Source: Chrysomallon squamiferum
Lineage: Eukaryota; Animalia; Mollusca
DNA length: 64,000 nucleotides
Assembly (NCBI GenBank): GCA_012295275.1
Contig: CM022678.1
Coordinates: 1,364,001-1,428,000 of the forward strand
Direction of reading: 5' to 3'
The position numbers and the translations under genes were made by a program. Positions 51,435 to 64,000 of this stretch are shown here, one piece after another. Under the pieces are notes generated by a model. It searched no databases, had not been told where the DNA came from, and was given only the letters and a program-made list of their open reading frames with translations. Position 1 is the stretch's first letter. Every line of letters begins with the position of its first letter.

Positions 51435-52982
51435 CGGCTTTTATTCAGCTTTATAAAATTTATTTACAATTTTCCATGTTATATTGTTGTATATTTATTT
51501 ATTTATTTTATTATCCTTATTTTTATTTGTCTTTTTCTTTGAGTGACCCTGAAATCCACCCTGTTCTTCAACCCGTATCGTGCTAACGTTTCAGGTTATG
51601 ATCACATCACGGATGTTAGCGTGTTCGATGGACCGTGACAGTGAAACGCATCCATTATGCACGTTTATTTCCTCAGTAAATCCTAACATTTCCACGTGTG
51701 AAGTCTGCCAGTAAATGTAATCAGTCAAGCATGTTACCTTTTTCTGTATATTTCAGTTATTCTTACATTTTTTTTTCTTCTATCTATCTTTCTTTATTTA
51801 TTTATTAAATGCCAATAATGTACTACAGATTTATCTCCCCTTTTGTACTCTGCAATAAATTTTATTTCATAATTTTTCTTGGAACTTTAATTTATTTATT
51901 TATTTGTTTTTCTTTTAATCTTATCCGCTAAAATCATTATTATTATTATTATTATTATTAATGTTGTTGTATTTCTCTGATTCACGTCCCACTGTTGCTA
52001 GGTTCTTGTTTCTGTCTGCTTAATTACTTCTATCAGATGTAGACGACTGAATGAAATATTTATGTCGTCATAATTTTTTCTTTTCTTTTTTTTCTTGTTT
52101 GTTTTAGTACCTCTTTTGTTGTATTTATTATTTTTTAATTGATATTTTGTTATTCCGAATGCCGAAAATGTATTCATAATTATGCAGATGAAAAAAGAAA
52201 AGATTATTTGAAATACTGAATTAAATTATTCGACTTTAACATGTACGAATAAGCGAAATATTAAAACAAATGATTAACCTAATACAGTAAAAACAGAATG
52301 GCTGCGCACCGATATTTTTAAATTTAGTCTTTTGTTGCATTTATTAATTTTGATTGAACGAGATGAAGAAAAAATATGTATATAAAATAAATAAATAATA
52401 CAAAATAAAAATAAAAATAATAATAATGTATAATAAATAAATAAAAAATAAAAATTATAAATACACACGCTGAAATAGAAATATTACACTAGCAACAAAG
52501 AAATACAAATTTCAAGATTTTCTTATCTACAAAATTACACGTATCCGAAAAGTAAATATTTAAAATCCTGGTTATATTAGTTTTATTCGTCTCGATAGTT
52601 TTGCACTGGACAAAACGATATTCGTGAAAACTCGAGTGTCGCTGTTTCCTAGTTTTGCTCTAGAGCTCTAAAGAACTGGTTCGATAAGTAAATAGTTAAA
52701 ATTAATCTAAAACTTACTTTTAATGCTGAAAGTGGTTTTGGTTTGATAAATGACAATTTGTGGCTAAAGGAGTTTTGACAAGCTTATACGTTTATGAGAT
52801 TATATATTGAGAAGGATTATTTTGTCACTTGAAACGGAAGTGCACTTACCAAAGTGAAGTAATATTCACTAAACGACAAGTTAGAACTTGCAGTAATAAT
52901 TATCAATTATTATATTGGTTTGTAAAAATGTTATTTAATTTATGTCCTTGTTTTATTTTATTTCATTTATTATTTATTTATT

Positions 52983-53017
<35 letters not shown>

Positions 53018-53249
53018 CAAGATGTTTTAAAGTTTATTTATTAATTTATCCAACTGCCAGGGTATTCAGTATGTTATTTCCATATCTAACGTATTTAGTT
53101 TTATATTTCATTATTTAGTCACTTTTTATATAAAAATTACAGTCTCCACTGTAAAAATATTACGTTCAATACGAGGTAATGAAGGAGAGAAACCCACTGA
53201 AGGGCCCAATGGAAAAAAAAAAAAAAAAAAAAAGTAAAATAAAATAAAA

Positions 53250-53337
<88 letters not shown>

Positions 53338-55155
53338 AGAAGAAGAATAAAATAATAAATAAATAAATTGTGACATTTCAGTATACTTATACCAGTCTTA
53401 AAGTTGATGACGTAATTACTAATTAAGAAATCATTAAAACAAACAAATGTATGTAATAATTTATTTATATATCACAGACAATGGAATACATTGTGTACAA
53501 TCATTCGTACACAAAATAAATTACTCATATACGTAATAATAATGAACGTTATGGAATGAGTCTTAATTAAAAAAAAAAAAAAAATGTATTATATAAAACG
53601 TACAGAAAATAGATTATCGTGCACGTAATAATAATAATGACTATTATGAAAATGTCTTGATAAGTGTTTTAGAAAGTATTATGTAAATCTCAACAAAGTA
53701 GATTTTTGGCGTTGTAGTTCCAGTTATTATTATTATTATTATTTTTTTTTTTTTTTTTGATCTTTCTGTTGGTTCTTCTTTCTTGTCTTTTAGACAAATT
53801 GATTATAAATATAATTTCGATATTATATTTTGTTGTCTGTCTTGCATATTCTTTTCTTTTTCTTTTTTGATTTTTTACATTTTTTTAATTACTATACTTT
53901 ATTCAATTGCTAAGTCCGCCATTTTTATGTTCTACCATCCACTGATTTTTCAAGCACTTGATTGTATTTTTACACAGACTCTTAATAAATGATAATAAAA
54001 ACATAATAAAACCCTGAGTATAATGCTTCTTTGATGTAAATAAAAGTTTAAAATATGTAAATGTTTGTAAATGTAGCTGCAAAGAGGTCTTTTACTCTAT
54101 AAAGTGTTCAAACGACAACACTTGTTTTAGTTTTGGCGGTACTGTTAAAAATTTATTTTACATCATAAGTTAACTGATTTTTTCATATATATGTATATAC
54201 ATATAACAAAAAAATCAGTCAAATAAATAAATAATTTAATAAATAAAATAATAAATTGAAAAAATAATAAGAACAAAATAAGAAAATAAATAAAATATCA
54301 TCTAAAATTTTAAATGAGGCAATTAAATCGTCTTAAATTGGATTTGTGAAATTAATAAAAATATGTTTCAAATTAATAGCATATTGAAACTGTTAGAAGA
54401 TAAATAAAATAAGTATATAAATATATCTTCAAATAAAAACATTCTGAGTTACAGCATTCATAAAACTGACACAAACCTTATAAAAATGTTTTAAAATTAA
54501 TATTAAAAAATGTTTGTTTGTTTTTGTAAAGTGACTTTGACAACTGATATTGTTGTCAATGGAGATTTTTCTGTCAGTAAACTATTTTCATGATTGAACT
54601 ACATTTCCTGGAAGAACTATTTTTTTTTTCATTGACACATTTTGCAAAACAGAACTGTTTCACTAATGAAATATTTCGTTGATGGGTCAGGTTTTTTTCA
54701 AGATCTTTCATGATGGTTCAATCTTTTTATTGACAAAATGTTTCCACAATGAACCTATGTTAGATGTCAGGGTAAGTTTCTTGTTAGGAGTATTTTCTTC
54801 ATTGGACTGTTTTTTTTTTTTTTTTTTTTTAAATGGAACTATTTACTTATAAATGACGTCTGCTTCTAATTCCTTCCTATGTTTATTTTTTGTTGTTGTA
54901 AATTTCCCACTTTATTTTTTTCACTTCACAATTTTATTTATTTATTTATTTTTTTTAATATATATGTTTGTTGTTGTTTTTTGTTGCATTTTTTTTTTTT
55001 TTTTTTTTTTTTCCTTTTTGATGAGTTGAAAATTGATGGATGAAGCACTAAGTTCCACTTGAAGTGGATTTGTGATAAATATGTGACAGCCAGAAAGTCT
55101 TTGTCAACTTTATTATTATTGTTTTAAATATTTATGAAACTGACATGAGGAAAGT

Positions 55156-55483
55156 CTAGTCCCATGGTCCTTGACCTTGGCCGATCCCCTGAATTCGAAT
55201 ACCTTTCATCTGTAAAAATAATAAAATAAAATAAATACATAGATAGTCGTTACGAAACAAGTGAAAGAAAGATTGAAACAATAATGTTAAAATGTAATAA
55301 CCCCCCTAAAATTATGACGTTTCTAATAGTTATAATCATTGACAGCAACAACAACAACAACAGCAGCAGCAGCAACAACAACAACAACAAAAATAACAAC
55401 ATCTACAAAACATTGGCCTAATGTTTTCCATTTCAGATTTATATTGCAGTAAAGGAAATAGGTAATAAATAAGAAAAGAAATC

Positions 55484-55526
<43 letters not shown>

Positions 55527-55606
55527 GTGATAATGATAATGAAAATGAAAATTAATTAACAGAAAAAAATGTAATAATAATAATAATTATAATAAAAATA
55601 ACGATG

Positions 55607-55660
<54 letters not shown>

Positions 55661-56702
55661 GTAAGAATAATAAGAAAAAAAAAAAAAAAAAAAAAAATTC
55701 AGTATTAAAAAAAAAAAATCACCCAACAACAAACAAATTAAAAAACAAAAGCAATTTAGCAAACAAACAGACGTAAAATAAAACAAACACATAAAAAAAT
55801 AAATAAATGGTATGTACTCTTACGATTGTTGGCTGATGGGCAATTCTCTGTCTCTCTTGTCTCTCTTGTCTCTCCTGTCTCTCTTGTCTCTCTTCTCCCT
55901 TCTGGGAGGGGACGTGGTCAGAGACAGGGGACTTGCTGTCAGGGACAAAACACGAGGTGATCATGGGCGGAGTAGATGATTTGATTCTGCGAGACACTGT
56001 TTTCAAAACCGGACCTGTCCTGTTTTAGAAAATCATCATCACCATTGTTATTATTGTTATTATCATCATCACCATTGTTATTATTGTTATTATCATCATC
56101 ACCAGTTATTATTGTTATTATCATCATCACCATTGTTATTATTGTTATTATTATTATCATTATTGTCATTATCATTAGTATTAATATCAGTATCATCATC
56201 ATTGTCATCCCCATATCATCATCATCATTTTCATTATTATCATCATCATCATCATCATCATCATTATTGTTATCATTATTTTTTGTATAAATTGTAAATA
56301 ATATTTTATGATAGTACCACTAGTATGTTTCTTCTTCTATTAGTACTACTATTACCACTAATAATAATTTATAGTAATTATTGCTCTATTTGAAATTTAA
56401 TATATTTATCATTAAAGTATTCATTTTATTACATTTTAGATAAAAAAAAAAGTGGTAGCAGTAGTAATAGTAGTAGAAATAATAATAACAGTAACAATGA
56501 AGTATTAATCATGATAATAACAATACTGTACTAATAACAGTAACTCATAGCAGTAAAAATACTAGTACCATTATTAATAATAATAATAATAATAATAATA
56601 AAACTGTATAATAATAATAATAATAGTAGACAAGTCTGCAACTAATTCTAAAAGCAACAGCAACAAAAACATTAATAAAATTAATAATAATAATCTAAAC
56701 AA

Positions 56703-56740
<38 letters not shown>

Positions 56741-56770
56741 GCACATTTGTTGTTAAGATTATTATTATTA

Positions 56771-56819
<49 letters not shown>

Positions 56820-57178
56820 GATAATAATAATAATATATATAAATATATATATAAAATCCCACCCAGATTTCTTAATTAAATGGCCATGTGTACCAGGAGA
56901 CCAAAAAATCTAATGTCAGTGAAAATGCAAAATTAATACATATTTCCCTCATGATCTGAAATTAAATTAAAATCGAGAGAAAGCTTAATCCTAGAGATAA
57001 GCCCTTTAAACCCAAGTTTCAGTATCTGTTTAATAAAGTAAAAATAAAAATATTATGTAATGTTTGATCAGTCATTTAATTAATTTATCCTGTTATTGAT
57101 AGTGAAAAATAAATAATAAACGAGTCAGGAAAATTAGATCTCCATATCTTTGACATCTCCATTAGTTGTATATCAGTG

Positions 57179-57263
<85 letters not shown>

Positions 57264-58318
57264 TCTTTCATTTTTTTTGTTGTTAAAATATTCCTCTTTT
57301 TTGTCCTGTTTTTTTATTTCCTTTATTTTTAATTCTTTTTTTTTTCTTTTTTTATATTTATTCAACTTAAGTAATATATTAATATATTTTCTTTTATTTA
57401 TTTACTTTATTATTTATTTTTCTATTTTATTTTTTTTATTTTCTTTCATTGTTTCTTTTATTTTATTTATTTATTTATTTTGTTTATTCATTTAAAATTT
57501 TTTTGATTTATTTTAAATAATTTTATAATAATTATTTATTTTTCCTTATTTATTCATATTATCATTTATTTTAAAAATGTATTAATTAATTTTACCTATT
57601 TCTTTATTATTACTTATTTAATCGAATTTAAAATTAATTTTTATTTTATATTTGTTTATATAATCAATTGTTATTTATTTATTATTCACAATTTTTTTAT
57701 TATTTATTTATTTTAAAATATATTAATTTATCTTATATGTTTATTTATTTATTAACAATATTGATAAGTTAATTTTTATTTCTTTACTTCTTTAATTCAT
57801 TTATTTATTTATTTATTTTTTTTTTTATAATTATTTTTTCTTTATTTATATTTCTTCATTTCTTTATTTCTTTATTTCTTTATTTATTTATTTATTTATT
57901 TATTTATGTTTATTTTTACATTTATCTCTATATTAATTCTAATTTATTTATTTGTTTATTTATTTGTTTATTTGTTTATATTACCTCAGTTTTCGCCCCA
58001 GAGGTTGCAGAGTTGAGGGGTAAATGAGGGACTGAGCCATACTTTCAAACTGGTATGGGTTTTTTCTGGCTGTGACAGGAAACATGGGTACCAAGCAGGT
58101 TTCTGCTTCAGTATCACTGTCTGAAGTGCTGTGTGCAAAAACAGGTGTCAAGCAGAACAAAATAAAACAGGTGAAAAAAAATCGTGCAGGTGAGAAAAAA
58201 AAACGAAACAACAATAACAACAAAAAATAAAATAAATATAGAGATGGAATGAAAATAAAATTAATAGATAAAGTGAATGTAACACCTGGGATTAAATAAA
58301 AACAAAACGTTTTTACTG

Positions 58319-58392
<74 letters not shown>

Positions 58393-59884
58393 TAATAATA
58401 ACAATAATAATAACAATAATAATAAAATAATATTAATAAAAGTAAACAATGATATGAAAAAGTAAAAAAAAAAAAAAAATATATATATGAATTAAATATA
58501 TAAAAACTAAAGGTGAAAAAAAAGAAGAAATAAATTAATAACAAATATTCTGGTAAGGAAAAAATAACACCAACATAACAAAACAGTTAAAAAATATATT
58601 TTCAAAACAAAACAAAGTGAAAAAACGTTGTAATTAATTATTAACATTTACCTGACTTCTCGTTTAAATGTCTGTGAGGCGTGTGAAGGGCAGAGAAATC
58701 CGTTTGGACTGTGAACACTGGGAGGTAACTCCTGATAACCATCTGCAAACATTAGTGAATATAAATAAAATAAATTAATAAAGCAAAATTTTGATAAATA
58801 AAATGATTAAACAAAGAAATAGAATAAAATAAAATGAAATGAAACAAAAATAAAATAAATAAATAAAAAAGAAAATATTATAATTAAATTTAAAAACAAA
58901 TGTGAATAAATAAAAACTAAATAAATAATAAGTGATAATTTTATAAATAATAAAAGGTGAACAATATAGTATTGAAACAAAATATATAACATAATAATAA
59001 AAAATAAATAAATAAATAATTAAAAAATTAAATAATAAATAACCAAAAACGAATATAATTTTAAAAAAAACCAGAAGCTACAAAATCGCAGTAAATATGC
59101 AATAAACAAATAAAAAAAAAACACAAAATAAAACAATTAAAAATATGCATAAGTAAATGTATGAATGACAATTTTTTTTTAACAGAACACTGATTCAGAT
59201 CAAATTACTTTACGATATAAAAATAAGTTAAATTTAAAAATAACACTGCAAAATAAATCTCAGTTGATATAGTAATATTCACATTCAAACTTCAAAACTG
59301 TATTTAAATAGCAACTCAGGAAAGCGTTGCCGTTGTTACCTCCGTGTGTGTAGCCGGTGCGGATGTTGATGCCGACGAGAGCCTGCGAAACGTTTGATGT
59401 TCCATCATGGAATGCCACCTGGAGACGACGGTTGAAATCCTCGGTCGTCAGAGATCGCTGAACCTGATTCTCCTGCAGAAACTGCTGAAAGCAAATTTTA
59501 AAACAATGAACAGAAAAGTGACGTAACTTAGCAAATATCAACTGAAGATGGCACTGTTGAGTATTTTCTCTTAAACTAGACTGGTATTTTTTTAGCTGAA
59601 TTTATGGTAAAATTATCAGAAAGACTGATATTTGGACAAGGGTTGAAGTTTCAGTCCTTTCCTCAGAGGTCTAAGTTTTCTGTAGATTATGCCACTGGTA
59701 CAGATACATTGTGAAAAGTAGAATATAAACACTGGATAGAGTTGTGTAGATATTAGTATCTTGTTCAAGTGTTTCTATTAGTATGTTTTGTGTATGTATT
59801 TATAAAACTTGCAGTACAATCAGATTAATTGAAAATAAATAAATATAAATTAATAATGATGTTGATGATGATAATGATCATGAC

Positions 59885-59916
<32 letters not shown>

Positions 59917-60359
59917 TAATAACAATAATAATGATATTATTAAACATAATAACAGTAATAATGATAATAATATTGACATCCGCAGTATAATAAATTGCAA
60001 AGATACTACTAGAAATACAGTCTGTTTATTGATTTGAAAAACTGAAATGTCCTTGGAAATTTTCTGAAAAATGAAAACAGCAAAATGCTGATGAAGCATT
60101 ATTTGTCAGTATTTCAGATGTACAAGTACAAGTGAACTAATTTGTAAATAATTTATTTATGAAAAGATAAAAAACTCACATAAAATGCCAAATCTCTTTG
60201 TCTGTTCTCATCATGTTTCTTCTTCAGTTCTGCGAGACGCTGAAATCACAGAGTGAGAAATTAGAGTTTTACAGCAAATTAAAATAACCTGGAATAAACT
60301 GGATGAAGATTGCACTTTTAATTCATTTATTTTAAATAGTATAACAATAATAATAACAA

Positions 60360-60399
<40 letters not shown>

Positions 60400-60681
60400 C
60401 AAAAAGAAGAGAAATGAAATATATAGATATACATACAACTTTATTATATTATATCCCTGTAAGACATTAAGGTTCAAGCAAATATATTTTGGACCAATCA
60501 TTAATAAAAAAAACAACAAACTAAAATAAACAAGAAATTATTATTATCAGAAGAAGAAAGAGTTGTCTTTTCTTACCATGGCTTGTCTTTCCCTGCTTCT
60601 CTCTTCAGTAAAACATGGCATTCCTCCATTGCTTCTTCCCTCGTACTTGCTGATGAAATGTGGTTTCGTCGACATCTTCAT
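55156..60681 (-). CDS. Uncharacterised ~264-aa protein; exons 60681-60577 (acceptor at 60702), 60239-60180, 59484-59340, 58742-58652, 58128-57985, 56019-55824, 55209-55156
   Basis: Seven GC-richer islands with canonical GT-AG ends join in frame (795 nt): MKMSTKPHFISKYEGRSNGGMPCFTEERSRERQAM|RLAELKKKHDENRQRDLAFY|QFLQENQVQRSLTTEDFNRRLQ...(ERQ)n...|MKGIRIQGIGQGQGPWD-stop. The start codon is uncertain; a possible upstream exon ends at the GTAAGT donor near 62499. Confidence 0.7.
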
Positions 60682-63233
60682 GTACTTGTCTAATGCACTA
60701 GCCTGGGAAACCAAAATAAAATATTTTAAACAAATAAATTTCCAACATATAAAGAAGAAGAATAATTATTAGTTTGCTCTTTGTTATAATCACTTGTTAA
60801 ATATTCAATTTATTTTCTATTTTTTTAACTTCTATACTTAATTGTTATAATATATATATATAAAAACAAAATTAAAACACAATGATAATCAACTTATCAA
60901 CTTTACAACATTGTTATTACAGTATAACACCTGGAATATAATATTTCAATTTGTTTAATTTTAAAATACATTTTTAAAAACATAGAAATAAAAAGTTAAT
61001 AAAAAAATGTTAGCATTTTATATTTCATGAAAAAAATCTTCTGGTAATTTTTAAAATAATATTTACAGATTTTTTAAAAAAATTAAACAAAGTTTACATT
61101 TAAATTTGTGAATTTGGACAAAATAAATTTTAATGTCCATTAATATATAAAATGTCGAAGTTTTTTTTATTTAAGTAGTAATAGTAGATAATAAACATGT
61201 GTAGTGAAAGTAGCATTCTGTGTAATACTACTGGTAATACTACTACTAACAGTTAACAACAAACGTAAAAGAAATTCATCCAGTACATTCTTTTCTGTAC
61301 ACAAAAATATATCTAAAACTGGTCTAATGAATACAGCAACATTTTACATACAAATAATGAACGGCAAATAAAAAATTAATTAAATTAAAACAACAAATAT
61401 AATTAACAGAACAATTTTAATTCAAAAATAAAAGTACAAAATAAATAATTATTTATGGATGCAAATGTATAAATAAAATTAAGTACAAAAATACAAATGC
61501 AAAATATAAATAAAAGTATAAAATAAAGTAAATTTTTATTAAAATAAAATTTTAAATACAGAAAGTAAAATGACTAGAAGGAACAAAAATCTAGATATTC
61601 TAGAAAAAAAAGACATTTTATTTTAAAAACTTTAACAATAAATTATTCACCATTTCATGCTTTCTAAGTAGCAAACAGCCTAAATGCATTTTGTATACTT
61701 CTAACTAATTATTTTATTTATCACTGTAAAAATAATCTTTGCTGATAATAAAGTATGGCAGTCCTAAAACAAGCACCACATTATTTTCTGCAAATAAAAT
61801 AAACTTGACAAACTCAGTTTTCAATAAATTTTACATTCTCATGTCCAAAATGAAAAATAAAAGAAGAAAAATAGCAGCTAATATTCATCATTGTGTACTT
61901 ATTATTTAATCATATAACTTTATTATCAACAAAGACTGGCAGCCAGTAACAAATTATAAATACAAGTGTACAAAATGAATGCAAGCTGTTTGTTTATGAA
62001 CACATATATGTTTAACCGATATAAAATTAATTTTACAACAGTCCATTACTACAGTTTTACGTAAAAACCAAAAAATACGAGTTTTTAGGTTTGCTAAGTA
62101 ATGTATGTAACAAACAACAAACTGTCTATACACAGAAATACACACAGCTCTTAAAACATTCTTTGAACTAACATAGCAGGGTGGGGCTTAGCTGATCTAA
62201 TTTATTGGGGTGGAGCAGGGGAGTATTCCATCCTAATATATGTGAGTGGGGTAGGGGGTTTTCTGCATCCTTACATATTTGGGGTATGCAAGCAATCTAA
62301 CATTTCAGGGTGTGTAAGGGGTGTACAGCAATCTAAAGTATGCAGTGGGGTAGGGGAAAAACAGCAATCTGATGTACAAGGGTGAGGCAGGGTCTGGGGG
62401 TAAAAGACAGTTATGTTTGAGGGTGGGGAATGAGCTAGGGTACACATCAAGTTATTGTTAGACTAAACAACAACAAGATTTAGAAAACAGTTAACTTACC
62501 AGATTTAACAAACAACTGATAACATGATGAATACAGATATGAAAACAGTTATATTTACAAATGTTCTGAACAGACTGGGTAGAGGAGCTGCAATGTCATA
62601 TTCTTCGTCATCATTGTCATATTGTAATAATTATCATTTATAATCATTTCATTAGGTTTATATTTACTTTAATCAATGTCTCAAAATAAATAAACTCTAA
62701 TGCTTCCAAATTTGGGGATTTAATATTTATTTCTCAGTTTAAAACATAATTATCTCTCTTTATACAATGCAATAGAGTCACTTCCCTTACTATGATAAGA
62801 CCAATCAAAGATTGTCAAACAGAAAGTTATTGTTCAATTCAAGAGATGCCTATTCTGCTTTTTCAAATTTGAAAATGGATATAACTAAAAATTATAGCAT
62901 TGTATTTTAATGTTGTATTTTCAGTAATGATAATGAGAATTATGATGATAATGATAGTAATGATGATAATGATAATGATATTTTTAATAATAATATATTA
63001 ATAAAAATGATAATAATAATGATAATAATTTATTTATTATGAATCTTTAAGCATTATATTTCAACAATAAATAAATAAATAAACAAATAAATAAATAAAT
63101 GAAATAAAAAAAAAAACAGAAAACAACCATCAACAATTCTTTTTTCTAAAAATGAATCAATTTGTAAAAAAAAAAAAAAACCAAATCCCCCAAAAAGCGT
63201 CACAAAAAGTCAGTCAGTGTGAACTCAGCTTTA

Positions 63234-63755
63234 CTAACTATCAACATTTTTCACGGTGTTCTTAGCAGAACAACATCGCTGCACCAGCATCTTCCTTGAA
63301 GCAAACGACGACGTCGTGGACGGCCTCAGCCCAAAACTGAGGTGTGGTCGCGAGTTCCTCACCCTCCCATTTTCCACCAGCCACATTCCTTGCTTCACGT
63401 CTGAGTCACGCTTCATCGGCTTGAACAAAACGTTCCTGTCGTCCAGTCTCATTTTGATAAAATCCGTCGTCGTCAACATTTTCGGACTGCAACATCGGCC
63501 ACCACGCTGCTGCTGTTTCTTCAGAATGTTGAGAGAGTCGAACATGAAGCCGGAGAGCCTCGGTTTCGGTTCCACGGCACGTACGGGACGACCTTCGGGT
63601 CCGGAAGGTCGCTGACGAACTGGGTGGGGGAGATGACAAGAGTTATCTTCTCCTGGGGGGGCGTCGGTTTGGTCCGGGGTGTGGACACTGGGACACTCTT
63701 TTGTTGGAGAGAAGGGAAAGGTGTTTGTTTTAGCCTCGAGTCTCTCCACATGCAT
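63234..63755 (-). CDS. Uncharacterised 173-aa ORF (single exon, or terminal exon of a gene extending past the window)
   Basis: GC-rich open frame in AT-rich surroundings; no recognisable domain and no strong acceptor seen. Confidence 0.55.
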   Translation of the reverse strand: MHVERLEAKTNTFPFSPTKECPSVHTPDQTDAPPGEDNSCHLPHPVRQRPSGPEGRPVRAVEPKPRLSGFMFDSLNILKKQQQRGGRCCSPKMLTTTDFIKMRLDDRNVLFKPMKRDSDVKQGMWLVENGRVRNSRPHLSFGLRPSTTSSFASRKMLVQRCCSAKNTVKNVDS

Positions 63756-63887
63756 TTAAAACAGTTTGTATTGTTGTTGTTATTATTATTTTATTATTAT
63801 TATTTTATTCTTTTATTTTTTTTATTATTATTAGATTTTATTAGTTGTTTTTTTGATATTTGGGGTTTATTTTATATACTTTTTTAA

Positions 63888-63928
<41 letters not shown>

Positions 63929-63944
63929 TACAAACAACAAAACA

Positions 63945-64000
<56 letters not shown>

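Overview
AT-rich, microsatellite-dense animal genomic DNA with spliceosomal GT-AG introns; it looks like a lophotrochozoan or mollusc, but the species cannot be proven from the sequence. It is not prokaryotic. The first 34 kb hold six genes in strictly alternating orientation, forming three head-to-head pairs: SDHA (5' part, -) with an ankyrin-SOCS box gene (+); MCCC2 (-) with MORN2 (+); and VCPKMT/METTL21D (-) with RDM1 (+). After these come an uncharacterised 232-aa ORF (-) with a near-perfect RFX X-box, a ~17 kb stretch with no recognisable coding exons but many regulatory motifs, an uncharacterised 7-exon gene (-, ~264 aa) and a 173-aa ORF (-). Two observations stand out. First, unrelated tandem repeats repeatedly start exactly at splice junctions and multiply them: about 40 decoy acceptors in SDHA, about 24 AG|GTAAC sites in RDM1, and duplicated donors in the ASB gene and MCCC2. 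Second, a repeat-spacer-like array at 45.9-46.1 kb has a conserved 20-mer that fuses a RORE and a D-box, separated by unique 13-14 nt spacers. A 70-codon in-frame extension follows the VCPKMT TGA. Several signs of assembly error are present (a 1-nt frameshift in SDHA and two garbled MCCC2 exons). All exon coordinates were read by eye, and gene identities come from recalled protein motifs, not database searches.
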